Of a DNA stretch of 64,000 bases, positions 10,149 through 19,344 are shown in pieces. The DNA is taken from positions 119,672-183,671 of the forward strand of contig CAWDUX010000002.1 in the NCBI GenBank assembly GCA_963805605.1. The letters run 5' to 3'. A model generated the notes under the pieces. That model ran no database searches. It was not told the origin of the DNA and was given only the letters and a program-made list of their open reading frames with translations. Origin of the DNA: an uncultured Actinomycetota bacterium. GTDB taxonomy: Bacteria; Actinomycetota; Actinomycetes; Mycobacteriales; Micromonosporaceae. The position numbers and the translations under genes were made by a program. The number at the start of each line of letters is the position of its first letter. Positions within the stretch are counted from its first letter, which is position 1.

Positions 10149-10696
10149 GCCTTCCCGGGTTCCTGATCGCGCGGCACCCAGTGCCGGCGTACGATCGTCA
10201 GGTCCCGCTGCGCGGCGGCCAGATCCGCCGCGGTCGGACGCGCGGCATCCCGGGCCCGCATCGCTGCGCCGACACCCACCTGTGAGGAACCCGCGCCGAT
10301 CAGGCCGCGCAGGCCCCGGTCGGAGTCGGAGAGATCGTGCGGATCACGCCAGGGCCGACGTCGTGGCGTCTCCGGATCGACCGGCAGGGCCGGCTGCCTG
10401 TCCCGGCCGGCCCGCGGAGCCGGCTGTGGCTCCCGGCCGGTCGGCGGCGGCGCGGGCAGCGGGTGGCGGGGCGGTTCGGGTACCGGCGCGCGGCGGGGGT
10501 TGTGGCCCCGGCGCCCCGAGCGCCCGGCACCGGGCTGTCGCGTACCGCCCCGACCGGCGGTGTCCGTGCCGGATTCGGCCTCCGGCGCGCTCTGGCTCTC
10601 GGGGGCGGACGGGGTGTCCCGGCGGGTACGGTCGCCGCCGTCCTGCCCGCCCGGGGCACGTCGGACCCGCCGTCGCCTGCGCTGAAACTCCGCCAT
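10145..10696 (-). CDS. Hypothetical protein with low-complexity Arg/Pro-rich N-terminus
   Basis: GC3-biased frame; ordered-looking C-terminus RGLRGLIGAGSSQVGVGAAMRARDAARP. Confidence 0.6.
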   Translation of the reverse strand: MAEFQRRRRRVRRAPGGQDGGDRTRRDTPSAPESQSAPEAESGTDTAGRGGTRQPGAGRSGRRGHNPRRAPVPEPPRHPLPAPPPTGREPQPAPRAGRDRQPALPVDPETPRRRPWRDPHDLSDSDRGLRGLIGAGSSQVGVGAAMRARDAARPTAADLAAAQRDLTIVRRHWVPRDQEPGKA

Positions 10697-10716
10697 CTGC
10701 CGACCGTACCGTGAAT

Positions 10717-11676
10717 TCAGCCCGACAGCCGCTGCCGCAGCAGGGACAGAGCCGCCTCGCCCTGCGCGCGCTGGAACATCCGTACCCGGGGCAGGCCCGG
10801 CGGTGGCGGCTGTGCCGAGCTGTGCACGAAGTACCCGGTCACCGCCGCGAGCACGGCGTTGAGAGGGTCGGGATCGACGTCACGGGTCAGCGGATGGGTC
10901 GTGACGATCCGCTGCGGGTCCCCGCCGCCCTGCATGGTCATGCTGGGCAGCAGGATCAGCAGGTCGAACCACGGCGCGCCCCGCAGCGCGCTCGGCCAGT
11001 CGACGAAGACGACCCGCTCGTCGGTGAGCAGGATGTTGTCCGCGCGTACGTCGCCGTGCAGCAGTGAATCGCCGGTCGCGGCCGGCGCCCAGCGCGACTC
11101 CAGCTCCGCCAGCTCACCCAGCCGCTCCCGCGCCCACGGATCCACCTCGGTGAGCTGTTCGGCCGGCCCCGCGGCCAGTTTCCGCCAGCCGGACAGGTTG
11201 TCGGCGAGTTCCGCGCCGATCTCCGGCACGTCCACCGGGCACGGGGTCAGCCCGGCCGCCATCCCGGCCAGCGCGGCCAGTACCCGCTGCTGCTCGTCCG
11301 GCTGCCACGGCATGGTCGGTGTCCGACCCTCGACGTCCTCGAACGCGAGCACCACCCAGTGCCCGTCGTCGTGGGACCACAACAGCTTCGGCGCCGGTAC
11401 CGACTCCGGCAGCCGCGCGGCGATCCCCGCCTCCCTGCGGTAGAACTGCGGGGCGTCCGGATTCTGCGCCGCGCTGACAGCCTTGAGGAACACCCGCCGC
11501 CCGTCGGCCAGCGTCAGCCGCGCGGCCAGACCGGGGGAGAACCCACCCTGCTGACTGTCCGCCTGCGACACCGCCGCACCGAGCCTGTCCTCGATCGTGG
11601 TGCGCAATGACCCGGGCAGCTGCGACCACGCCAGCCGGGTGCCGCCGGACCCCCGTAACGTCTGCTGATCTGACAT
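10717..11676 (-). CDS. Aminoglycoside phosphotransferase (APH/choline kinase-like) family protein
   Basis: GGFSPG, VFLKA, HGDVRADNILL (Brenner motif), FVDW. Confidence 0.88.
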   Translation of the reverse strand: MSDQQTLRGSGGTRLAWSQLPGSLRTTIEDRLGAAVSQADSQQGGFSPGLAARLTLADGRRVFLKAVSAAQNPDAPQFYRREAGIAARLPESVPAPKLLWSHDDGHWVVLAFEDVEGRTPTMPWQPDEQQRVLAALAGMAAGLTPCPVDVPEIGAELADNLSGWRKLAAGPAEQLTEVDPWARERLGELAELESRWAPAATGDSLLHGDVRADNILLTDERVVFVDWPSALRGAPWFDLLILLPSMTMQGGGDPQRIVTTHPLTRDVDPDPLNAVLAAVTGYFVHSSAQPPPPGLPRVRMFQRAQGEAALSLLRQRLSG

Positions 11677-11775
11677 ACCCAAGAGTGACCGAAACCCGCC
11701 GTACCCCGCACCCGCATTTCTCCCCGCGACAGGTCGGTCCCGGATGTCATGGCCTACGTGCAGCACTCCCGGTAT

Positions 11776-11794
11776 CGTTCCGATCTGCGGAACG
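11776..11794. promoter_or_regulatory. Putative XRE operator CGTTCCG-N5-CGGAACG
   Basis: Perfect 7-5-7 inverted repeat 21 bp upstream of the XRE gene, in a divergent intergenic region. Confidence 0.5.
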
Positions 11795-11815
11795 TGTTCG
11801 CATGGGAGGTCTGTA

Positions 11816-13003
11816 ATGGCTGAAGACTTCGTCGGTGCCAATGTGGCGCGGTGGCGGCGCCGCCGCGGGCTGAGCCAGAAGGTGCTCGCGGATCTGGCCG
11901 GGTTGTCGCAGGGATACGTCTCCCTGCTGGAACGCGGACATCGCTCGATCGACAGGCGTTCGACCGTCGTACGGTTGGCTGAGGCGCTGCGGGTGTCGGT
12001 CGCGGAGCTGACCGGAGAACCGTACGCCGTGCAGGACCCCGCGCACGACCGTGCGGATGCGGCCATTCCCGCCCTCCGAACGGAACTGGTAGGCCTGGCG
12101 TACGGGGACGTGGTCAGCACCGACCGACCGTTGGCGGCGGTCCTGGCCGATGCGGAGCGACTGTCGTCGGCGCGGCAGGCCAACGACTTCGCGGCGGCCA
12201 CGCCGTTGGCAGCCGGGGTGCTCAGGGAACTGCGCGCCTACATGTCGACCGGCGACGTGTCGGCCATGCGGGCGCTGATCGTGGCGCTCCACGACGTGGC
12301 AACGATCCTCAAGGCCATGGGTCACGTCGATCTGGCCTACATGGCGGCGGAGCGCATCAATGAGCTCGCAGCCACCCTGGACGAGCCGGCTTATCTCGGA
12401 CTCGCGGCATATTCGCGTCTGCGGATGTTACCCACGGAGAACCGTGGCCTGGGTAGCCGGCTTGCAGCGGCCAGCCTCGGGCAGCCCGGCCTGACCTCTA
12501 CACCGGAGGCACGGTCCACCTACGGCATGATCCATCTGGTCTCGGCTCTGGCAGATGCCGTGACGGACAAGGAGTCTGACGCTCTCGGCCACCTGCGTGA
12601 GGCCGCAGAGGTAGCCGACGCGGTGGGTGAAACTGCGGGGACCGGAGGCTTTGGCGGCCTGAACTTCGGCCCGGCGAACGTCGTCCAGTGGCGCGCGGCG
12701 ATCGCCATCGAGACGGGCAACCCTGGTCGGGCCATCGAGGTGTCGAACAAGCTTGCGCCCGAGTCCATCCGCTCGACGTCCCGGCGCGCGGCGTTCTATG
12801 TGGACCGGGGAGCCGCCTTCGCCCAGACCGGCCGCGAGGGTGAGGCGGTCGCTGCCTTCCTGTCGGCGGAAGGACTGTCTCCGCAGTGGGTCCGGTTGAA
12901 CTCGACGGTTCGCGACACGGTGGGGTCGATGCTCCGCCGGTCTCGGGCGAAAGCCGGTGGCGCTCAGCTTCAGGCGCTCGCTGCCCGACTCGGAGCCGCC
13001 TGA
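11816..13003 (+). CDS. XRE-family HTH regulator with long helical (TPR-like) C-terminal domain
   Basis: RWRRRRGLSQKVLADLAGLSQGYVSLLERG HTH; C-terminal FGPANV..W..AIAIETG segment; GGGAGG RBS. Confidence 0.88.
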   Translation: MAEDFVGANVARWRRRRGLSQKVLADLAGLSQGYVSLLERGHRSIDRRSTVVRLAEALRVSVAELTGEPYAVQDPAHDRADAAIPALRTELVGLAYGDVVSTDRPLAAVLADAERLSSARQANDFAAATPLAAGVLRELRAYMSTGDVSAMRALIVALHDVATILKAMGHVDLAYMAAERINELAATLDEPAYLGLAAYSRLRMLPTENRGLGSRLAAASLGQPGLTSTPEARSTYGMIHLVSALADAVTDKESDALGHLREAAEVADAVGETAGTGGFGGLNFGPANVVQWRAAIAIETGNPGRAIEVSNKLAPESIRSTSRRAAFYVDRGAAFAQTGREGEAVAAFLSAEGLSPQWVRLNSTVRDTVGSMLRRSRAKAGGAQLQALAARLGAA

Positions 13004-13091
13004 AAGGCATTTCCAGGGGTAATCGTTCGCGCTCGTACGCACACTTAGCATCACTCTCCGTACTTAATTGGTGATCGAGAGAGTGGGCGCG

Positions 13092-13280
13092 ATGTGGGTG
13101 GGTGGCTTGGCCGTACTGGGCGGCGTGGTGCTGGGGTTTCTTGCCGGGTTGACGGCGGTACGGCGCGCAGGGCGGTGGTGCCCCGGATGCGGGGTGACCA
13201 TGACCTGTCCGGTGTGCCGCTCGAATGTCCGGACTAGTGGAGCGGAATCACGAGCGTCGCAGCGGTCTCCGGGGAGCTGA
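13092..13280 (+). CDS. Small membrane-anchored putative zinc-ribbon protein
   Basis: Hydrophobic N-terminal helix followed by WCPGCG-x4-CPVC. Confidence 0.55.
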   Translation: MWVGGLAVLGGVVLGFLAGLTAVRRAGRWCPGCGVTMTCPVCRSNVRTSGAESRASQRSPGS

Positions 13281-13303
13281 GCGGGCCGGCGCCGCGCGAT
13301 CCG

Positions 13304-13498
13304 GTGCCCGAGGAGGGCGAGGTACTGGCCATCGAACGCGGCCCGATGTACCGGGTGCTCGGCGTGGCTGCTGCCGACGCACCCGGTGTGTTCCTGCTGC
13401 ACGGGTACGAGATCTGGCCCGAGCCGCTGCTCATCCGGGTGCGCCCGTACTGGTGGTGCGACGGGATCGCCACCCCGGCGCAACCGGAGGCCCCGTGA
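13304..13498 (+). CDS. Small hypothetical protein
   Basis: GC3-biased 64-aa ORF filling the gap before nei. Confidence 0.5.
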   Translation: MPEEGEVLAIERGPMYRVLGVAAADAPGVFLLHGYEIWPEPLLIRVRPYWWCDGIATPAQPEAP

Positions 13499-13585
13499 AC
13501 CCCGCCCGGTGGGGGAGCGGCGGCCCGGTGTCCTAGGGTCGTCACGTACCGGGAGAGCGGCGGCAGGAAAGGCGGTTGAGGGCAG

Positions 13586-14407
13586 GTGCCGGAGGGGCAC
13601 ACGATCCACCGGCTGGCGGCCGAGCACCGTCGGTTGCTGCGCGGTCGGGTGGTGCGTGCGGACTCCCCGCAGGGGCGGTTCACGGCCGGCGCGGCGCTGC
13701 TCGACGGCGCGACCCTGACCGGTACCGACGCCTGGGGCAAGCACCTGTACCACCGCTACCGTACGGCCGGCGGCGAGCTGCTGCGGCTGCACGTACATCT
13801 CGGGCTGGCCGGCAAGTTCTTCACCGGCCGGGGATTCCTGCCGGCACCGACCGCCTCGGCCCGGCTGCGGCTGACCAGCGAGGATACCTGGCTGGAGCTG
13901 CGCGGACCGAACGCCTGCCAGCTGCACACCGCCGCCGACCAGAAGGCACTGTACGCCCGGCTGGGTGCCGATCCGCTGCGGCCGGGATCGGACGGATCGC
14001 TACCCGCGCAACGGATCCGTCGGTCCCGGGTGACGATAGGCCAGCTGTTGATGGACCAGCAGGTCATTTCCGGCGTCGGCAACATCTACCGGGCCGAGGT
14101 GCTGTTCCGGCACGGCGTCAGCCCCTACCGCCCGGGCTGCGAGCTGCCTGCGGAGGTCTGGGCGGCGATGTGGGCCGACCTGATTGCGCTGATGCGTCTC
14201 GGGGTACGTACCGGCCGAATCGACACCGTGCGGCCTGAACACGAGCCCGAGGCGATGGGCCGCCCTCCCCGGGTCGACCCGCACGGCGGTGAGGTGTATG
14301 TCTACCGCCGCGCCGGCATGCCCTGCCTGGTCTGCGGGACGGCGGTGGCCACCGCCCCGATGGCGGCGCGCACCGTGTTCTGGTGCCCCACCTGCCAGCC
14401 CCGCTGA
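13586..14407 (+). CDS. Fpg/Nei family DNA glycosylase (Rv2464c-like)
   Basis: N-terminal PEGHT, GKHL, H2TH LLMDQ..SGVGNIYRAE, C-terminal zinc finger CLVC...WCPTCQ. Confidence 0.95.
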   Translation: MPEGHTIHRLAAEHRRLLRGRVVRADSPQGRFTAGAALLDGATLTGTDAWGKHLYHRYRTAGGELLRLHVHLGLAGKFFTGRGFLPAPTASARLRLTSEDTWLELRGPNACQLHTAADQKALYARLGADPLRPGSDGSLPAQRIRRSRVTIGQLLMDQQVISGVGNIYRAEVLFRHGVSPYRPGCELPAEVWAAMWADLIALMRLGVRTGRIDTVRPEHEPEAMGRPPRVDPHGGEVYVYRRAGMPCLVCGTAVATAPMAARTVFWCPTCQPR

Positions 14408-14464
14408 GGCCGTTGCCGCGCCCCGGAGAAGGGCCCGGCCGTCAGCCGGGCCCTGGTCGCCCGC

Positions 14465-15997
14465 TCAGAGGTCGCGGAACGTCTCGATCTTCGCGCCGAG
14501 CAGGTTGAGCCGGTCGGCCAGCTGCTCGTACCCGCGGTTGATCACGTACACGTTGCGCAGCACCGAGGTGCCCTTCGCGGCCAGCATCGCGATCAGTACG
14601 ACCACTGCGGGGCGCAGCGCCGGCGGGCAGATGACCTCGGTGCCCGACCAGCGGGTCGGGCCCTCCACGTACACCCGGTGCGGGTCGAGCAGGGTGACCC
14701 GGGCGCCGAGCTTGGTCAGTTCGGTGAGATAGACGGCCCGGTTCTCGTACACCCAGTCGTGGATCAGGGTCTGGCCCTGCGCGGTCGCGGCGATCAGCGC
14801 GAAGAACGGCAGGTTGTCGATGTTGAGGCCGGGGAACGGCATCGGGTGGATCTTGTCCAGCGGGGCGTGCAGCTTCGAGGGTCGGATGGTCAGGTCGGTC
14901 AGCCGGGTGCGCCCGTTCGCCGCCGGGTATTCCGGGGTGCGGTCGTGGTCGAGCCCCATCTCCTCCAGCAGCGCCAGTTCGATCTCCAGGAATTCGATCG
15001 GCACCCGCCGTACGGTGATCTCCGACGAGGTCACCAGCGCCGCGGCGATCAGGCTCATCGCCTCGATCGGGTCCTCGGACGGCGAGTAGTCGATGTCGCG
15101 GTCGATGACCGGTACACCGTGCACCGTCAGCGTGGTGGTGCCGATCCCGTCGATCTTGACGCCGAGTTCGGTGAGGTAGAAGCAGACGTCCTGCACCATG
15201 TAGTTGGGGCTGGCGTTGCGAATGATGGTGACGCCGTCCCGGCGGGCCGCGGCCATCAGCGCATTCTCGGTGACGGTGTCGCCGCGTTCGGTCAGTACGA
15301 CCGGCCGCTGCGGTGCCACGCTGCGGTCCACCTCGGCGTGGTAGGCGCCGCCGGTGGCCTTGACCTCCAGGCCGAACGGACGTAGCGCGGTCATGTGCGG
15401 CTCGACGGTACGGCTGCCCAGGTCGCATCCGCCGGCGTAGGGCAGCTCGAAGCGCTCGTGGTCGTGCATCAGCGGCGCCATGAACATGATGATGCTGCGG
15501 GTTCGGCGGGCCGCCGCGTCGTCCATGGCGGACAGGTTCAGCGTCGCCGGTGGCACGATCTCCAGGTCGTTGTGCTCGTTGAGCCAACGGGTCCGCACGC
15601 CGATGGAGTGCAGTACCTCCAGGATGCGGTTGACCTCCTCGATCCGCGCGACCCGGCGCAGCGTGGTCCGGCCCTTGTTGAGCAGGGCCGCGCACAGCAG
15701 CCCGACGCCGGCGTTCTTGCTGGTCTTGACGTCGATGCTGCCGGAGAGCTGCTGTCCGCCGACGACCCGCAGATGCATCGGCCCGGAGTGGCCGAGGGAG
15801 ACGATCTCGGAGTCCAGCGCGTCGCTGATCCGGTTGAGCATGTCCAGGCTGAGGTTCTGTCCACCCTGCTCGATCCGGTGCACGGCGCTCTGGCTGGTGC
15901 CGAGCGCGGTCGCCAGCTGGGACTGTGTCCAGCCGCGGTGCTTGCGGGAGTCGCGGATGAGCCGGCCGATGCGCTGGAGATACTGGTCATCAGGCAT
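14465..15997 (-). CDS. murA: UDP-N-acetylglucosamine 1-carboxyvinyltransferase with N-terminal XRE HTH
   Basis: First ~70 aa form an XRE HTH (GWTQSQLATALGTSQSAVHRIEQG); then KNA, GGCDLGSR (Cys retained), VTENALMAA, PFPG, INRGYE. Confidence 0.93.
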   Translation of the reverse strand: MPDDQYLQRIGRLIRDSRKHRGWTQSQLATALGTSQSAVHRIEQGGQNLSLDMLNRISDALDSEIVSLGHSGPMHLRVVGGQQLSGSIDVKTSKNAGVGLLCAALLNKGRTTLRRVARIEEVNRILEVLHSIGVRTRWLNEHNDLEIVPPATLNLSAMDDAAARRTRSIIMFMAPLMHDHERFELPYAGGCDLGSRTVEPHMTALRPFGLEVKATGGAYHAEVDRSVAPQRPVVLTERGDTVTENALMAAARRDGVTIIRNASPNYMVQDVCFYLTELGVKIDGIGTTTLTVHGVPVIDRDIDYSPSEDPIEAMSLIAAALVTSSEITVRRVPIEFLEIELALLEEMGLDHDRTPEYPAANGRTRLTDLTIRPSKLHAPLDKIHPMPFPGLNIDNLPFFALIAATAQGQTLIHDWVYENRAVYLTELTKLGARVTLLDPHRVYVEGPTRWSGTEVICPPALRPAVVVLIAMLAAKGTSVLRNVYVINRGYEQLADRLNLLGAKIETFRDL

Positions 15998-16008
15998 GAG
16001 CGGACTCT

Positions 16009-16024
16009 ATCTCATAGATGAGAT
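16009..16024. promoter_or_regulatory. Putative operator ATCTCAT-AG-ATGAGAT upstream of HTH-murA
   Basis: Perfect 7-2-7 AT-rich inverted repeat 11 bp before the murA ATG. Confidence 0.6.
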
Positions 16025-16116
16025 TTCACAACTTGGAAGACGTGAAACCGACCAGGTGTGATGGGGATCTAGGTGCTCACTACGATGCGTGTCATGAGGT
16101 TCACCAGGGGGCATCG

Positions 16117-16995
16117 ATGAGTGGGGAACGAGCCGTACGCCTCGACGCACCGGCACTGCTGGCGCGCATCACGGCCGCAACCGGTGTCGAATTTACCTAC
16201 CTGGGACCGTGCCCCGGCGGGGAGGTGGGGGCGGCGTACGTACGTTGGCCCGACGGCCGTCCGGCCGTGTTGACCTGGTGCCCGGGCACCAGACATGCCG
16301 AGGCGGTGCAGCGCAGCGCCGAGATCCTCGCGGTGGCCCGTGCGCACGGACTGCCGGTCCCAGAGTACCAGCTAGTGGTGCCGCTGCCGGACGCCGTGGC
16401 GCTGGTGCAGGAGCGACTCCCCGGTTCGGTACCCGCCGAACTGGACGCCACCCTGCTGACCGCGATGCTGGCCTGCCACGACCGTTTCGCCGGGCTGCTG
16501 GCCGAGCGACGCGATGTGCCGCCGGTGGAGCTGTACCTGCGCCGCAGCGGGCCGGGTTTCTGTCTGCACGAGCCGCTGGCCGGCCACTCGCCGCGTACCG
16601 TCCGGTTGCTCGACTGGGTACGGGAGGTGGGCCGCGCCACAGCGCCGACGATGTCCGGCGACGACCTGGTGCATTGCGACTTCCACCGGCAGAACGTGCT
16701 GGTCGGCCCGGACACCACCGGGCTCGGCCGGGTCATCACCGGCATCATCGACTGGGACGGGGTGGGCCGCGGCGACCGCCGATTCGACCTGGTCACCTTG
16801 CGCTTCGACATCCCGCCGGACCGGCCGGACCTGGCCGAGCGACTGGACGCCGAACTCGACGCGCGGCTCACCGCCGAGGAACTGCGCCCGTACTGGGCCA
16901 GCATGGCGCTGCGGATGGTCGACTGGACGATCCGGCACTACCCGCCGGAGGTCGTCGACCGCTACCTGACGTTGGCGGAGAGCCGGATGGACTGA
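16117..16995 (+). CDS. Aminoglycoside phosphotransferase family protein
   Basis: GGEVGAAYV, HCDFHRQNVLV, IIDWD motifs. Confidence 0.85.
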   Translation: MSGERAVRLDAPALLARITAATGVEFTYLGPCPGGEVGAAYVRWPDGRPAVLTWCPGTRHAEAVQRSAEILAVARAHGLPVPEYQLVVPLPDAVALVQERLPGSVPAELDATLLTAMLACHDRFAGLLAERRDVPPVELYLRRSGPGFCLHEPLAGHSPRTVRLLDWVREVGRATAPTMSGDDLVHCDFHRQNVLVGPDTTGLGRVITGIIDWDGVGRGDRRFDLVTLRFDIPPDRPDLAERLDAELDARLTAEELRPYWASMALRMVDWTIRHYPPEVVDRYLTLAESRMD

Positions 16996-17037
16996 AACCC
17001 GCTGTTGACCGCTACGGCGGTCCGCTAGCCTCGCGCG

Positions 17038-18312
17038 GTGACCACAGCCGACGCAGCGAACAGAACCAGTCGGGGCGGGGCGGTACTTGTCGCAGCGCTG
17101 GTGGTCGACGCCGTAGGCAACGGGTTGTTCATGCCGCTGTCGCTGGTCTTCTTCACCAAGCTCACCGACGTGCCGTTGGCCCTGCTCGGCGTGCTGATCA
17201 GCGTCGGCAACCTGATCACCCTGCCGATTCCGGTGTGGGCCGGCACGCTGGCCGACCGGTTCGGCGCGCTGCCCCTGGTGATCGGCGCACAACTGCTGCA
17301 GGCCGTCGGCTTCTTCGGCTACGCCTGGGTACACGGGCCGGTCGGGATCTTCATCACAGTGACCCTCACCGCAGTGGGCGTGCGGTTCTTCTGGTCGGCC
17401 ATCTTCACCGCCATCGCCGACTACACCGACACCAACCCGTCGACGCGCAGCAAGGACACCTGGTACGCCTGGTCCAACATGGCCCGTACCGGCGGCCTGG
17501 GGGCCGGCGGCCTGGTGACCGGCGCGGCCATCGCGGGCGGCAGCGCCGCCGGCTACCGGGCGACCGCCTTCGCCGCCGCAGGCTGCTTCGCCCTCGCGGC
17601 GCTGGCCATCGCGATCTTCGTACGGGTGCCCCGGCTGGTGCACGAGCACCCGGAGACCGGGCCGCGCGGCTACGGCATGCTGCTGCGCGACCGGCCGTTC
17701 CTCGGCCTGATCGGGGTGAACACGGTGTACGCGCTGTCGAGCATGATGCTCGGGCTGGCACTGCCGACCGTGGTGCTGACCGGGCTGCACGACCCGGCCT
17801 GGCTCAGTTCCGGCCTGCTGGTCGGTAACACGGTGCTGATCTCGGCGCTCGGGGCGCCGGTGATCCGGCGGGTGGCGGGGTACCGGCGGACCAGGCTGGT
17901 GATGGCCGCCGCCGGACTGTGGACGTTGTGGTGCCTGCTGTTCGCCACCCTCAGCCCCGGGCACCTGATCTGGACGGTGGTGCTGATGGTGGCCGCCACG
18001 CTGATGTTCACCCTGGCTGAGACGCTGCACGCGCCGGTCTCCGCCGCACTGTCGGCCGCTGCGGCGCCCGCGTCGGCGCGTGGCCGCTACCTGGCCACGT
18101 TCCAGTACTCGTTCACCATCGCCGGGATCATCGCGCCGACGTTCTTCACCACCCTGTTCGCCATCCACCGGTCGGTGCCGTGGCTGGTGCTGGGCGCACT
18201 CGACGCGGCCAGCATCGGTGTCATGCTGCTGCTGGAACGCACCCTGCCCACCGCCGCGCTGCGCGAACGGCCCCGATCATCGCCGGCTGCCGAGGAGCAG
18301 GTGGCGTCCTGA
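17038..18312 (+). CDS. MFS transporter
   Basis: About 12 hydrophobic helices; GTLADRFG motif A; ARGRY in the C-terminal half. Confidence 0.92.
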   Translation: MTTADAANRTSRGGAVLVAALVVDAVGNGLFMPLSLVFFTKLTDVPLALLGVLISVGNLITLPIPVWAGTLADRFGALPLVIGAQLLQAVGFFGYAWVHGPVGIFITVTLTAVGVRFFWSAIFTAIADYTDTNPSTRSKDTWYAWSNMARTGGLGAGGLVTGAAIAGGSAAGYRATAFAAAGCFALAALAIAIFVRVPRLVHEHPETGPRGYGMLLRDRPFLGLIGVNTVYALSSMMLGLALPTVVLTGLHDPAWLSSGLLVGNTVLISALGAPVIRRVAGYRRTRLVMAAAGLWTLWCLLFATLSPGHLIWTVVLMVAATLMFTLAETLHAPVSAALSAAAAPASARGRYLATFQYSFTIAGIIAPTFFTTLFAIHRSVPWLVLGALDAASIGVMLLLERTLPTAALRERPRSSPAAEEQVAS

Positions 18313-18334
18313 CCGGTGTCCACGGCGCTGTCGG

Positions 18335-18829
18335 CTAGTCGGGACGCTGCTCGCGGTGCAGCGGTCCGCCCGGTGTCCAGGTCGCCACGGACATGCCGGT
18401 TTCGTCGCTGAAGCTGACCGTGGCGGCGTGCTGCACGTCGAGCGCGAACAGGTGGTAGTCGCCGGTCGGGTGCCACTGGATCCGCGCCTCGATTGCCTGC
18501 TCGTAGGCCCGCCGCTGGTCCGGGTCGGTGACCTCGACGACCGCCCCGGTCAGCTTGATGTCGCCGTCCTTGTTGTCCTTGTCCGGCGGCACGCTGTGCA
18601 CTGTGATCCGCGGATCGCGCAACAGATCGAGCGCCTTACGCGACTGCCACATCATGCCCAGCAGTAGATCGCCGCCGGCGAAGTCGATCTCGCACGGGCT
18701 GACCCGCGCCGAGCCGTCCTGGCGGACCGTGCCCAGCATGACCAGCTGATCGCGGACGAACCGGTCCCGCGCCAGCGTCGCCAACTCCGGACACTCCGAC
18801 CGGAACTCCTGCCACCGCACGGCGACCAC
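18335..18829 (-). CDS. Pyridoxamine 5'-phosphate oxidase family (split-barrel, possibly F420-binding) protein
   Basis: LGTVRQDGSARVSP and KALDLLRDPRITVH motifs. Confidence 0.85.
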   Translation of the reverse strand: MVAVRWQEFRSECPELATLARDRFVRDQLVMLGTVRQDGSARVSPCEIDFAGGDLLLGMMWQSRKALDLLRDPRITVHSVPPDKDNKDGDIKLTGAVVEVTDPDQRRAYEQAIEARIQWHPTGDYHLFALDVQHAATVSFSDETGMSVATWTPGGPLHREQRPD

Positions 18830-18874
18830 CTCCTACCGGCAGGCTATGCCCAGCCCCCGACAGTTCGGTCCTGC

Positions 18875-19072
18875 TCAGGCGTGTTGGTTCTTCACGGTGG
18901 TGACGAATGCCTGCCAGGCGTCGGGTGCAACGGTGAGGACGGGGCCGCTGCGGTCCTTGCTGTCGCGGGTGGCGACGGCGTCGGCCACGAATGCCACCAC
19001 GACACAGGCACCGTTGTTACCGCTGCGGCTCGACGTGAACCACCGGGCGTGAGCCAGATCCGTTGCGACCAT
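18875..19072 (-). CDS. DUF397 (BldB/Scr2-like) protein, copy B
   Basis: WFTSSRS..NGACV.VA, RDSKD, W.AF motifs. Confidence 0.9.
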   Translation of the reverse strand: MVATDLAHARWFTSSRSGNNGACVVVAFVADAVATRDSKDRSGPVLTVAPDAWQAFVTTVKNQHA

Positions 19073-19133
19073 ACCGATCTCCAACCTATCCGCCGTTGAC
19101 CATTGCCTGACCGAGCTGGATGCATCGCCTGAT

Positions 19134-19331
19134 TCAGACGTGCTGGTTCTTCACGGTGGTGACGAATGCCTGCCAGGCGTCTGGTGCAACGGTGAGGACG
19201 GGGCCGCTGCGGTCCTTGCTGTCCCGGGTGGCGACCGCATCGGCCACGAATGCCACCTCGACGCAGGACCCGTTGTTGCCGCTGCGGCTCGACGTGAACC
19301 AGGCTGCTTCGCGATGGTCGGTCGCTGTCAT
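19134..19331 (-). CDS. DUF397 (BldB/Scr2-like) protein, copy A
   Basis: WFTSSRSGNNGSCVEVA, RDSKDRSGPVL, WQAFV. Confidence 0.92.
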   Translation of the reverse strand: MTATDHREAAWFTSSRSGNNGSCVEVAFVADAVATRDSKDRSGPVLTVAPDAWQAFVTTVKNQHV

Positions 19332-19344
19332 GACAGCCTCCAGA

